A DNA stretch of 20,985 nucleotides. It comes from Candidatus Hodarchaeota archaeon (lineage in GTDB: Archaea > Asgardarchaeota > Heimdallarchaeia > Hodarchaeales > Hodarchaeaceae). Every line of letters begins with the position of its first letter. The first letter of the stretch is position 1. The translations under genes and the position numbers were made by a program. Shown piece by piece: positions 8,717 to 17,930 of the stretch. The stretch spans positions 1 through 20,985 of the forward strand of contig JAEOTC010000074.1 in the NCBI GenBank assembly GCA_016840035.1. Direction: 5' to 3'. The notes under the pieces are model-generated. The model saw only the letters and a program-made list of their open reading frames with translations, was not told the origin of the DNA and made no database searches.

Positions 8717-9967
8717 TTATTCATCCTTAGTAAGGTGAAATTGAGATACAAAATCAGAAAGTTTTTCACTTAATTCTGCTAGCGATTGAGCTAATTCAGT
8801 AAGTTCTCCTACTGATGCCGATTGCTCTTCTGTTGCGGCAGCTACTTCCTCAGAACTGGCAGAAAACTCTTCAGCTTGAGTAGCGAATTCTTGAAGTCTT
8901 TCTTGAAGTTTAATTACATTTGTTCCAATATTTGCTGTAACTGCATCTGTTAATCCGCTAATATCATTAGCATATCCTTTCGTTTCCTCTGCAAGTCTAC
9001 GGACGTTCTCTGCAACGACAGAAAAACCTCTTCCATATTCACCAGCTCTCGCAGCTTCAATACTTGCATTCAATGCTAAAATATTTGTTTGACCAGAGAT
9101 ATCTCCAATCATTTCGACCGTTGTTTCTATGTCGCTTGTTGTTTTATCCACTGCCTCAGTCATACTCTTAACATTTTGGATACCTTGAATGGCATATTCG
9201 GACTGTGTTGATGCACCACGACTAATTTGTTGAACTGTTGCCGTAATTTCTTCAGATAGGGCATTTACTTCTTCAGTAGTAGCAGCTAAGTTCTCTGATG
9301 AATCGGCAATAATCACTGTGGACTTTTTTACTGAAAGCATGGTACTTTCTAAATGCTCTAAAATTTCATTAATCATCTTCATAGACGAACCGAATGTTGA
9401 ATCCTTGAGAATAGATTCATCTTTCACTCTGATAGAAAGATTATTTTGTTTCACTTCCGTATTGAGCTTAGAAATTTCATTAGTATATCTATCTGTCAAA
9501 GTATATATGTTGAAAAAAGTGGAAAAAATAAGTACTACGTTCATGGGTATGATAATTAGTGGAGAGTAATTGGAATTATTTGTGCCTAGGAAAAGTTTGT
9601 ACACTTCCAATCCTGTCCTTCCCATTCCAACATTGAATATTATTATTATGACGACTACAATATGCAAGGTGATTTGGAATCTGTAATCATTTCTTCCTAA
9701 GTATGTGAGAGAAATTAAACAGATTACGGTTGTAAAAGTTGATAATAATAAATAAGAGAATAACCAAGCTTCAAAAATTATCCCAAAATATGACCCTTCA
9801 ATGTAGGACATAATTAGGATGAAAGCACAATAAGGAAGGACTAAGAGCTCCGCTACTCGTGTTATACTTTTAAGAATCTCTTTTTTGTGAGATGAGAGGA
9901 GCCCTTTTCGTAAATCACTCAATAGATTCACCGTGTTTAAAGAAATATTGATGGAGACAAATAGCAA
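8717..9967 (-). CDS. Methyl-accepting chemotaxis protein-like receptor with multi-TM N-terminus
   Basis: Hairpin tip [43 protein letters not shown]; methylation-like EE pairs ([25 protein letters not shown]); about 4 TM helices. Start uncertain (TTG 9967); minus-strand TTTTTATAAT at 9986-9995 would fit a leaderless transcript. Confidence 0.88.
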   Translation of the reverse strand: MLFVSINISLNTVNLLSDLRKGLLSSHKKEILKSITRVAELLVLPYCAFILIMSYIEGSYFGIIFEAWLFSYLLLSTFTTVICLISLTYLGRNDYRFQITLHIVVVIIIIFNVGMGRTGLEVYKLFLGTNNSNYSPLIIIPMNVVLIFSTFFNIYTLTDRYTNEISKLNTEVKQNNLSIRVKDESILKDSTFGSSMKMINEILEHLESTMLSVKKSTVIIADSSENLAATTEEVNALSEEITATVQQISRGASTQSEYAIQGIQNVKSMTEAVDKTTSDIETTVEMIGDISGQTNILALNASIEAARAGEYGRGFSVVAENVRRLAEETKGYANDISGLTDAVTANIGTNVIKLQERLQEFATQAEEFSASSEEVAAATEEQSASVGELTELAQSLAELSEKLSDFVSQFHLTKDE

Positions 9968-10143
9968 TTTTAGTATACCTGTGGTATTATAAAAACAATT
10001 TTGATTGAGATGTATTTACTTAGAAGGATGAATTTGCGGCCAAATAACGATAATACGCTCGAACGATTCTATTTAACAGAAATAACCGATGAGTTTAGTT
10101 CTATAACTGGAGTTAAAAAAAGAAAATACAAGGAGAATTCCCA

Positions 10144-10796
10144 ATGAGTCTCGAGTTGCAACTATCTGGTCTTCTATTTTTATTAATAATAATTGTTTTG
10201 ATTATCTGTGATATTCTTGGTCATGGTACAATTAGTGATACGGATTCAGAGGTTAAACTGCGTAAAATCAACGAAGATCCAAATAAATTTACGATAAGCT
10301 TTGTACTGCTCATAATGGAGCACTTTACTATAATAGTTCTTGCAATAATGTTGTTTATTGCGTTCAATCATCTTAACCTATTATTAGGGATTATCTGGTT
10401 TGTCTTTCGGGTTAGCGAGGGCGTATTCAAATTTACGGCAAAAAAAACTATTGGAGACTTCTCAAGTTAGCAAAACAATATTCAGAGGCTAGTAGTGATG
10501 AGAAAGATAATCTGATTGAGTTAGGTCGTGATATTCTTGAAAGAAAAATCAGGATTTTCACATTCACACAGATCCTATTTTCCATTGGTACACTTGCGTA
10601 CTCCATTCTGTTTGTTTTCTATGAGTCTGCTCCTATCTTTCTAGGTTGGTTCTGTATCATTACTAGTATCATCTATGGTTTGGGAAATGGAGCAAAATTA
10701 TCGAACCAAAATCTAGAAGTCTTATGGAATGCAGGGGGGTTATTTATCCTGGTTTTTGAATTCAGTCTAGGTGTTTGGCTTTTGATTTTAGCTTAA
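10144..10796 (+). pseudogene. DUF4386-like membrane protein split by a -1 frameshift (about 217 aa when joined)
   Basis: Frame 0 runs 10144-10470. The -1 frame is open from 10416 to TAA 10794-10796 and reads IQIYGKKNYWRLLKLAKQYSEASSDEKDNLIELGRDIL...FSIGTLAYSILF...PIFLGWF...LILVFEFSLGVWLLILA-like, with the family-type C-terminal FE..LG.WL. AAGGAG RBS at 10130-10135. Confidence 0.75.
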
Positions 10797-10927
10797 GACA
10801 TTTTATCGGAATAATATACTTCCTTAGAAATTAACTGTAAAAAGAAAACAAGAAGATCCCAAATAAATTCAAAAAGGGAAAAAAATACTGCCTAAGATCA
10901 ACTCACTTACAAGGATAATGAAATAAA

Positions 10928-11818
10928 ATGAATAAAAATGATTTACGAGCATGGATTGTAATAATTGTCATTCTTTTCATAGCTATCTTTCTTGCATTTG
11001 CGGGTAGTCAGGGAGGGGCATATTTTCTTGATTTCATTCCTCTATTTGCACTTGGGATTGGCCTAATTTTTGTAATACAGTGGATTGCTTTTATTCCAGC
11101 CTATATTTATCGTACAGAGAAGTTTTTTGACTTAATTGGTTCACTAACTTATTGTTCGGTAATAATTTTGTTGGGTTTTTTTTCACCAAATTTGGATCTT
11201 CGCTCCTTTGTCATTATAGTTTTGGTTTTAATTTGGGCTATCCGCTTAGGGACTTTTCTATTCAGAAGAGTATTGAAAGCAGGGGAAGATGAACGATTTA
11301 GGGATATTAAACAATCTGGCTCACGTTTTTTAGTTACTTGGACAATTCAAGGATTATGGGTTAGTTTTACACTAGCAGCTGCCATGGCGGTTCTTACAGT
11401 GGATTACCGCGAGAAATTCGGAATCATTGGGATTATTGGATTAGTAATTTGGATTATTGGGTTCATGTTTGAAGCAATCGCAGATTATCAGAAGAATCAA
11501 TTCAGATCTTTACCAGAGAATAAAGGGAAGTTTATACAAACTGGATTATGGTCGATTTCTCGTCATCCAAATTATTTCGGAGAAATTGTGCTTTGGATTG
11601 GGATAGCAATTATTGCCCTCCCTACATTATCTGGATGGAATTTAATAACGCTTATATCCCCAATATTTGTAACACTTCTATTAACAAAAGTAAGTGGCGT
11701 ACCATTACTTGAGAAACGTGCTGATGCAAAATGGGGAGATCAAGAAGATTACATCGCTTACAAGGGCAATACTCCTGTGCTAGTTCCAAAAATAAGATTT
11801 GGGAAGAAGACAAAATAG
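10928..11818 (+). CDS. DUF1295 family membrane protein (steroid 5-alpha-reductase/ICMT-like superfamily)
   Basis: EKFFDLIGS, WAIRLGTFLFRR...EDERF, W.IQGLWV, EAIADYQK, GKFIQTGLWSISRHPNYFGE, SGVPLLE motifs. Confidence 0.92.
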   Translation: MNKNDLRAWIVIIVILFIAIFLAFAGSQGGAYFLDFIPLFALGIGLIFVIQWIAFIPAYIYRTEKFFDLIGSLTYCSVIILLGFFSPNLDLRSFVIIVLVLIWAIRLGTFLFRRVLKAGEDERFRDIKQSGSRFLVTWTIQGLWVSFTLAAAMAVLTVDYREKFGIIGIIGLVIWIIGFMFEAIADYQKNQFRSLPENKGKFIQTGLWSISRHPNYFGEIVLWIGIAIIALPTLSGWNLITLISPIFVTLLLTKVSGVPLLEKRADAKWGDQEDYIAYKGNTPVLVPKIRFGKKTK

Positions 11819-11864
11819 TCACAATTCATCTTCATCCAAATATTTATGATAAATACATGGTAGA

Positions 11865-12506
11865 TTATTTGGAACTATCTGGTTTTCTCGCAAATATCCA
11901 ATACTGTGATTCCCCACCCCTGATGCGTACACCGTCTGTGATCAAATCAAATCCTACAGCTTTCACCAACTTAGCTGTCACTTCTGGTTGATGAGAACTC
12001 CAAAACATTGGTACATCAAAGAATTGTGAGAAAACTTCAGAATCAAAAACACCCGTGTTCAGTAGGAGAATACCGTTCGGTTTCAGGATTCTGTGAAAAT
12101 TCTCCAATACGAATTTATGGTTAACTCGTGGAATATGAAAAAGTACATAAACACAAACTAATCCGTCAAAAGAATTTTTCTCGAATTCTAGCTTATTAAT
12201 ATTCATCTTTCTGAAAATAGCTGTGGGTACGTTTCTCTTTGCTAGTTCAAGCATTGTATCTGATATATCAATACCAGTCACTTGGAAATTGTGCTCAACA
12301 AGGAATTTTGCAACAGGAACTCCAGCACCAGACCCAACATCCAAAACTTCCCCAAATCTTGGTAGAAGACTTTTCAACTCATGAAGCTCACGATCCATTT
12401 TTCTTACATTGCGATTGGCGGCATAGATTTCGCCAATCTTATTCCAGCTCTGTCTGACAGTTTCTGTGACTGATTTTGTAGAAGATCCTTCCTCTCTATG
12501 CTCCAT
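11865..12506 (-). CDS. Class I SAM-dependent methyltransferase
   Basis: Motif I VLDVGSGAG, post-I VTGIDIS, SFDGLVC, LFHIP, ILKPNGILL. Confidence 0.92.
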   Translation of the reverse strand: MEHREEGSSTKSVTETVRQSWNKIGEIYAANRNVRKMDRELHELKSLLPRFGEVLDVGSGAGVPVAKFLVEHNFQVTGIDISDTMLELAKRNVPTAIFRKMNINKLEFEKNSFDGLVCVYVLFHIPRVNHKFVLENFHRILKPNGILLLNTGVFDSEVFSQFFDVPMFWSSHQPEVTAKLVKAVGFDLITDGVRIRGGESQYWIFARKPDSSK

Positions 12507-12700
12507 ATGTTATGTTTAGTTACTGTATTAATATTTTTTATTCTACGAACATGATATTATGAAAAATGGTCCATTCTTCTTTATATATTGCTCCCAAAAG
12601 TCTCCTTTCACATGGATGGACTCATTCCTGTTTTTTTTCCCTAATTCGAATTTCAGAGAGATAGTATTAAAGATATTAGTTCATGATGTAAACCTACTAC

Positions 12701-12720
12701 ATGAATTAATTATAATTCAT
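12701..12720. promoter_or_regulatory. Palindrome upstream of the ABC-dikinase-PlsY operon
   Basis: ATGAATTA-ATTA-TAATTCAT (perfect 8-bp arms) enclosing a TATA-like AATTATAA. Extra half-sites: TTCAT at 12680 and ATGAATT at 12733. Confidence 0.45.
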
Positions 12721-12832
12721 TTGGTGAAAACGATGAATTTCAAGACAAAGATTTCTTTACAATTAATTTTTTTTGTTAAAAACAACAATAATTTTTTTTG
12801 ATTGGATTTACCTTTAAGCTCTAACCCAATTT

Positions 12833-13558
12833 ATGATTAAGAAACCAAAAAATTCTTTGGAAGTGAGAATTATAAGCAATGTTATTGAAGTACAAGATTT
12901 AAAGAAGGTTTATTCATTAGGGCAAGTGAAAGTAAATGCTTTATCCGGAATAAATATGAAAGTGCCTTCTGGTGACTTTGTAGCAATTTTAGGCCCTTCT
13001 GGCTCAGGTAAAACGACATTATTACATTCATTAGGCGCTTTAGATAAACCCACTTCTGGAAGTGTGTTAATTTTTGGTTCTGATCTTGCTTTATTAAATG
13101 ACAGTCAGCTTACTGAGTTTAGAAGGAAAATTGGATTTGTTTTTCAATTTTTCAATTTAATTCCCCGGTTAACTGCATTAGAAAATGTAGAATTGCCTTT
13201 ATCAATTGTAAGGGTTCCTAAAAAGGTTCGTAGAAAGAGAGCTATTAAGCTCTTAGAAACTGTTGGATTAGGAGATCGAATTCACCACAATCCTTTGGAA
13301 CTTAGCGGAGGAGAACGTCAAAGAGTGGCTTTGGCACGTGCGCTTGCAAATAAGCCTGATTTCTTATTAATGGACGAACCAACAGGAAATATTGACTCTA
13401 AGACGGCTTCTGAGCTGCTTGAGATAATAACTACCCTCAACCGAGAAAATCTTGTAACTACCATCATGGTAACTCATGATCATGAGATTGCAAAGTATGC
13501 AAAGCGAATTCTGCATTTTAAAGATGGCTTAATACTGAAAGAGGAGGTAAATTCCTAG
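12833..13558 (+). CDS. ABC transporter ATP-binding protein, LolD/MacB/SalX family
   Basis: Walker A GPSGSGKT, IGFVFQFFNLIP, signature LSGGERQRVA, Walker B LLMDEPTGN, VTHD switch. Confidence 0.96.
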   Translation: MIKKPKNSLEVRIISNVIEVQDLKKVYSLGQVKVNALSGINMKVPSGDFVAILGPSGSGKTTLLHSLGALDKPTSGSVLIFGSDLALLNDSQLTEFRRKIGFVFQFFNLIPRLTALENVELPLSIVRVPKKVRRKRAIKLLETVGLGDRIHHNPLELSGGERQRVALARALANKPDFLLMDEPTGNIDSKTASELLEIITTLNRENLVTTIMVTHDHEIAKYAKRILHFKDGLILKEEVNS

Positions 13559-14826
13559 TGTTTCTTAGTGATATTATCTCATATGCAATTGGCTCTATTC
13601 AAAGAAGGAAAGTACGTAAAGGTTTAGCTTTACTTGGTGTAACAATAGGTATCGCAGCTATCATTTCTTTAGGATCATTGAGTCAAGGATTTCGTGGAAT
13701 TGTTGCTATGCAATTTGAGCAAGGATTCTCTTCTGACACTATCATTTTGACAACTGGGAGTCTTGATTTCCTAAATACTGAATCTGATTTCGAATTATAC
13801 GTAAATGACACAGAATTAATTGATCAAATCGATAACGTGAGCCTTTCTGTTGCGCTTATTCAAAAAAATTGTTTCGTTCATCTTGGAGACGAGGAATTAT
13901 TATTACCTGTGATAGGAGTAGATTTTTCAAGGTACAAAGAGCTTTTTCCAAATACTTTCCTCACTCAATCAGGATCTATTAGTGATTTTCCTACTAATAA
14001 TACAGTCATTCTGGGAAAAAGAGTTATTGATCCATGGAACAATGGCACCTTACTTGGTACGATTTCTGATGAAATCAATATCACTTTTACAACCAGGGAT
14101 GGGTTTAATGTAGAAAATAAGACGTATACTGGTAATATTGAAGGAATTTTAGATGAGATTGGTGGATCTACAATAGGAGGGCCTACAGATATGGGTATTT
14201 ATATTCCTATTAGTCACGCAATCAAATTCTTTGATACCACCCGTTGTGAAACAATCCTAGTTAAGCTAGTAGAAAGTAATGAACAAACAATTAAAAGTAC
14301 GTCCGATTCCATAGAAGATCTTTTTGCGGGACAAGTTCAAGTTGTAACACCCACTTCAATAATCAATGCAATTTCGGAAATTGTAACTACTATCGAACTC
14401 TTTCTGATTGGAGTTTCTGCAATTTCTTTAGTTGTTGCGGGTGTAGGGATTATGAATATTATGCTTACTTCGATTATGGAAAGAACCCGTGAAATAGGTA
14501 TATTAAAATCGATTGGGATGAAAAAAGAGGTCGTTATTCTAATTTTTCTAAGTGAAGCGCTAATCATTGGGATTCTTGGATCAATATTCGGAATAATTGT
14601 TGGTGGATTTTTAGCAATTGCAGTGGATGAATTTGGTTTACTAACAGGTTTAGCAAGCGGTACTAAAGAGACTTTTATCGGAGAAGTATCAATTTCTCCC
14701 ATATTCAACTCAGGATTACTAATAGGATCTGTAATATTTGGTTTGATCGTAAGCATAATTTTTGGATTATACCCAGCATGGCGAGCTGCCAAATTAGATC
14801 CTGTCGAGGCATTAAGATATGAATAA
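13558..14826 (+). CDS. ABC transporter permease, MacB/FtsX (type VII) family
   Basis: TM1 LLGVTIGIAAII, large extracytoplasmic domain, ISLVVAGVGIMNIMLTSIMERTREIGILKSIG, GLYPAWRAAKLDPVEALRYE. TAGTG stop/start overlap; GAGGAGGT RBS at 13541-13548. Confidence 0.95.
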   Translation: MFLSDIISYAIGSIQRRKVRKGLALLGVTIGIAAIISLGSLSQGFRGIVAMQFEQGFSSDTIILTTGSLDFLNTESDFELYVNDTELIDQIDNVSLSVALIQKNCFVHLGDEELLLPVIGVDFSRYKELFPNTFLTQSGSISDFPTNNTVILGKRVIDPWNNGTLLGTISDEINITFTTRDGFNVENKTYTGNIEGILDEIGGSTIGGPTDMGIYIPISHAIKFFDTTRCETILVKLVESNEQTIKSTSDSIEDLFAGQVQVVTPTSIINAISEIVTTIELFLIGVSAISLVVAGVGIMNIMLTSIMERTREIGILKSIGMKKEVVILIFLSEALIIGILGSIFGIIVGGFLAIAVDEFGLLTGLASGTKETFIGEVSISPIFNSGLLIGSVIFGLIVSIIFGLYPAWRAAKLDPVEALRYE

Positions 14827-14839
14827 AGGAGTTTTCTGA

Positions 14840-17140
14840 ATGGGAAAGTATATTCAGCATTTGAATAGCAAACACAAGGATATAGATGTTGGAAATAAAG
14901 CTAAAAATCTTGCATTCCTTTCTAAAAACCGATATACTATTCCGAAGACCTATATATGTGGATTCAAGGCTTTTCGTGATTTTAGGGATGATAAAAATGT
15001 ATTATCTCAAATTAAAAGAGAATTAAACACAATTATTGATGAAAATACATCTTATTCAATCCGATCATCTGCAAGTGTTGAAGATACTTCAGATTTCTCT
15101 TATGCAGGACAATTTGAAACTTATTTAAACATAAAAGGTGTTGATTCAATTTTAGCCTCAATTGTCAAGATATGGGACTCAATTTCGGGTAAGCAGGCAA
15201 TTGCGTATGGAGAAGAGACCGGTCAATCTGAAGTAGAAATGGGAGTGATAATTCAAGAGATGGCTTGTCCACTTTTCTCTGGTGTTGTATTTACTCGAAA
15301 TCCCATAAACGGTCTCAATGAAATAATTATTGAATCAGTTGACGGTTTTGGTACACAACTAGTTCAGGAAGGTATCACACCTGAGAGGTGGAAATATAAG
15401 TGGGAAAGCTGGACTGAGAAGCCTTCAAACGAAACAAAAAAGTTTGAGGTTATTAGAAACGTAGTCCAGGAAGCCATAAATATTGAGAAAGAGTATGGAA
15501 AACCTGTTGACTTAGAATGGGTTTTTGATGGAAAAGATATTTATTGGCTGCAATTACGCGAGATTACTACTCTCAATAGTACAAATATTTATTCTAATCG
15601 TATTTCAAGAGAATTTTTGCCTGGAATTATTAAACCTCTTGTTTGGTCAATCAATATCCCAGTTGTTAATAGTTCATGGAAACAGTTATTCAAAGAGTTA
15701 TTGGGTAGAAAAGCTGAGTCGATTAATATTAATAATCTAGCAAATCAATTCTATTTTCGCGCCTACTTCAATATGGGAGTAGTTGGTGATATATTTGAAC
15801 TCCTTGGTATGCCAAGAGATGCGTTGGAAATTTTAGCAGGTATTGAGTTTTCAAATGAAAATAGGTCGTTATTTCGACCAGGTCCCCAAACTATCCAATT
15901 TCTTCCAAATATATTACGCTTTATTATGCAAAAAGCTATGTTTGAAAAGAATATTGAGAAATTTCAAAGAGATTTTCAATTAAAGTATAAACAGGTTAAG
16001 AAAGCACTCATAGAAGATCTCAACGAGGAAGAGACGTTAGGAATAATAGAAAAGCTCATTGATCTGAACTCCACGGCATCTTATTATGTTATCATGGCCC
16101 AATTGCTTAATAGCCTCTTTAGTATGGTTTTAAAAACTCGTCTCAAAAAAGAAAATATTTCAATTGAGGAATTTCCAGAGAATCAACCCCTTCTGGAATT
16201 TGTTGATCCAAGATTTCATCTAGCTAAATTAAATAAACTTTACAAGAAGCAATCAGATTCCGAAAACCTATTTAAAGAAGAAAATATCGATCCTGAATTC
16301 TTAAGAGAGCTTAGATTATTTAAGCAAAGATTTGGCCATTTGAGTGATAGTGGTAACGATTTTACAACTCCTTCATGGAATGAACAACCTGAGTTAATTA
16401 TTGAGATGATAAAGGCAACAGAACAAGGTTTAAAACCTAGTTCTATATCATTAAATCATGATTTACTTAAAAAGAAGGGAAATTTAATATTTTTTTATAA
16501 AAAAGCTGCTCGTTATCGATTATATCGTGAAACAGTGACTTTTCTGTATACTTATGGTTATCGATTATTTCGTCCTGCTTTCTTACATCTAGGATCCTTA
16601 TTAAGTAAAAAGAATCTTCTCAACGATTCTGATGATATTTTTTATCTTAAATATCCTGATATCAAAAAAATAATATCTGATCCTAGTGTGGCCTCTAAAT
16701 TACGAAAAAGAGTTAGAACTACAAAAGAAGAGATAAAAAAGTATGGGAACGTTCGATTACCTGAAGTTATTTTTGAAGAATTGCCTAAAGCAATGTTAAT
16801 GTCGTTAGATGTAAAAGAAGAACTTTATGGAGTGCCTACTTCAAAAGGTTATCATGTTGGCCCTGTAAAGGTAATAAAAGGAGTATCAGACTTTAAAAAA
16901 GTTACCAAAGGTGATATAATTATTATTCCTTTTTCAGATATTAGTTGGACGCCCTTGTTTGCCAAAGCTAGTGCTGTGATCTCCGAATCTGGCGGTATAC
17001 TATCTCATTGTTCTATAGTTGCTAGGGAGTATAGGATTCCTGCTATTGTTTCAGTAAATAATATTATGACAACATTAAGAGATAATATGAGAATTGCAGT
17101 AGATGGATTCAATGGAAAAATTCAAATCATACGAGATTGA
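14840..17140 (+). CDS. PEP-utilizer family ATP-dependent dikinase/phosphotransferase with RPH/PigC architecture (ATP-grasp, central substrate domain, C-terminal phospho-His swivel)
   Basis: VGNKAKNL, IRSSASVED...SYAGQFET, VIIQEM, SGVVFTRNP, DLEW, WLQLREIT; C-terminal GGILSHCSIVAREYRIPAIV (His723, codon 17006-17008). No PEP/pyruvate TIM barrel follows the His domain. AGGAG RBS at 14827-14831. Confidence 0.92.
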   Translation: MGKYIQHLNSKHKDIDVGNKAKNLAFLSKNRYTIPKTYICGFKAFRDFRDDKNVLSQIKRELNTIIDENTSYSIRSSASVEDTSDFSYAGQFETYLNIKGVDSILASIVKIWDSISGKQAIAYGEETGQSEVEMGVIIQEMACPLFSGVVFTRNPINGLNEIIIESVDGFGTQLVQEGITPERWKYKWESWTEKPSNETKKFEVIRNVVQEAINIEKEYGKPVDLEWVFDGKDIYWLQLREITTLNSTNIYSNRISREFLPGIIKPLVWSINIPVVNSSWKQLFKELLGRKAESININNLANQFYFRAYFNMGVVGDIFELLGMPRDALEILAGIEFSNENRSLFRPGPQTIQFLPNILRFIMQKAMFEKNIEKFQRDFQLKYKQVKKALIEDLNEEETLGIIEKLIDLNSTASYYVIMAQLLNSLFSMVLKTRLKKENISIEEFPENQPLLEFVDPRFHLAKLNKLYKKQSDSENLFKEENIDPEFLRELRLFKQRFGHLSDSGNDFTTPSWNEQPELIIEMIKATEQGLKPSSISLNHDLLKKKGNLIFFYKKAARYRLYRETVTFLYTYGYRLFRPAFLHLGSLLSKKNLLNDSDDIFYLKYPDIKKIISDPSVASKLRKRVRTTKEEIKKYGNVRLPEVIFEELPKAMLMSLDVKEELYGVPTSKGYHVGPVKVIKGVSDFKKVTKGDIIIIPFSDISWTPLFAKASAVISESGGILSHCSIVAREYRIPAIVSVNNIMTTLRDNMRIAVDGFNGKIQIIRD

Positions 17141-17150
17141 GTTTTAGTTT

Positions 17151-17930
17151 ATGAATTTATTAGAAGTATTAATTATAGGAATTATCGGATATCTCTTTGG
17201 ATCAATATCTTTTGCACGTCTCATAACGAAACTACTTGCTTCAGAGGACTCTATTGACAATTTATTTCTGGATATGGAAGATCAGGATCTTTCACAACTT
17301 ATGACTGGTTTTGGAGCCAATCGTGCAGCAATGGTTCTTGGTGCCAAATGGGGAATTGCAATCGGTCTTTTAGACATGCTAAAAGTCGTAATTCCTATGA
17401 TATTTGTAGGTTTCTTATTTTTAGATGAGAGTTATTTCTTGATTGTGTCCATTACAGGCCTAATTGGCCACAATTGGCCTCTTTATTATCGTTTTAAGGG
17501 AGGCAGAGGTTTTTCAGTAATTTATGGTAGCTTTTTTGCCATAGATTGGATTGGAGCTATCATAACTGTTATTCTTGGTTTACTATTTGGAATGGGTATT
17601 TTTGGAACCGTGATGATTGGTTATGTTGGATGGTTATGGCTAATGATTCCCTGGTTCCTCCTGAGAACCAATGATTCTGCATTTTTAATTTATGCCATTT
17701 TAATCAATATCATCTTCATTATAGGGACGATTCCTGAAATTCGTTTAGGAATGAGATTGAGAAAAGCCGGTAAATTTGCGGAATACCAAGAGAAACTGTT
17801 TCAATCTTCACCTAGATGGAGAGGCATGAAGAAAATGAATGATAGGATCCAATCGCCAATAGTACGCGGGTTTTTGGTCCTAATTGGTTTAATTCTCCTT
17901 TTCCCTGTATATTTTTTCATCCTTGTATAG
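17151..17930 (+). CDS. plsY: PlsY-like (DUF205) glycerol-3-phosphate acyltransferase family protein, divergent, copy 1
   Basis: GYLFGSI, LDMLK, GHNWPLYYRFKGGRG (PlsY motif 2). Motifs 1 and 3 are non-canonical. Starts 10 nt after the dikinase stop. Confidence 0.8.
   Translation: MNLLEVLIIGIIGYLFGSISFARLITKLLASEDSIDNLFLDMEDQDLSQLMTGFGANRAAMVLGAKWGIAIGLLDMLKVVIPMIFVGFLFLDESYFLIVSITGLIGHNWPLYYRFKGGRGFSVIYGSFFAIDWIGAIITVILGLLFGMGIFGTVMIGYVGWLWLMIPWFLLRTNDSAFLIYAILINIIFIIGTIPEIRLGMRLRKAGKFAEYQEKLFQSSPRWRGMKKMNDRIQSPIVRGFLVLIGLILLFPVYFFILV

Noticed and set aside
5858-9569. ORFs 5858-6115, 6252-6449, 6789-7175, 8035-8262 and 9318-9569
   Set aside because: Antisense overlaps with genes that carry clear family motifs; no motifs of their own.
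11865-12506. Methyltransferase as CheR for the nearby MCP
   Set aside because: Lacks the CheR N-terminal domain and the typical SAGCSTGEE motif; it is a small generic class I methyltransferase.
12559-12801. 80-aa ORF upstream of the ABC operon
   Set aside because: Phe/Asn/Lys-rich translation of an AT-rich divergent promoter region that contains the dyad array; no recognisable domain or RBS.
14840-17140. Annotation as PEP synthase (ppsA) or pyruvate phosphate dikinase
   Set aside because: The His swivel domain is C-terminal and no PEP/pyruvate-binding barrel follows it; the architecture is RPH/PigC-like. Rifampin specificity is also unsupported.
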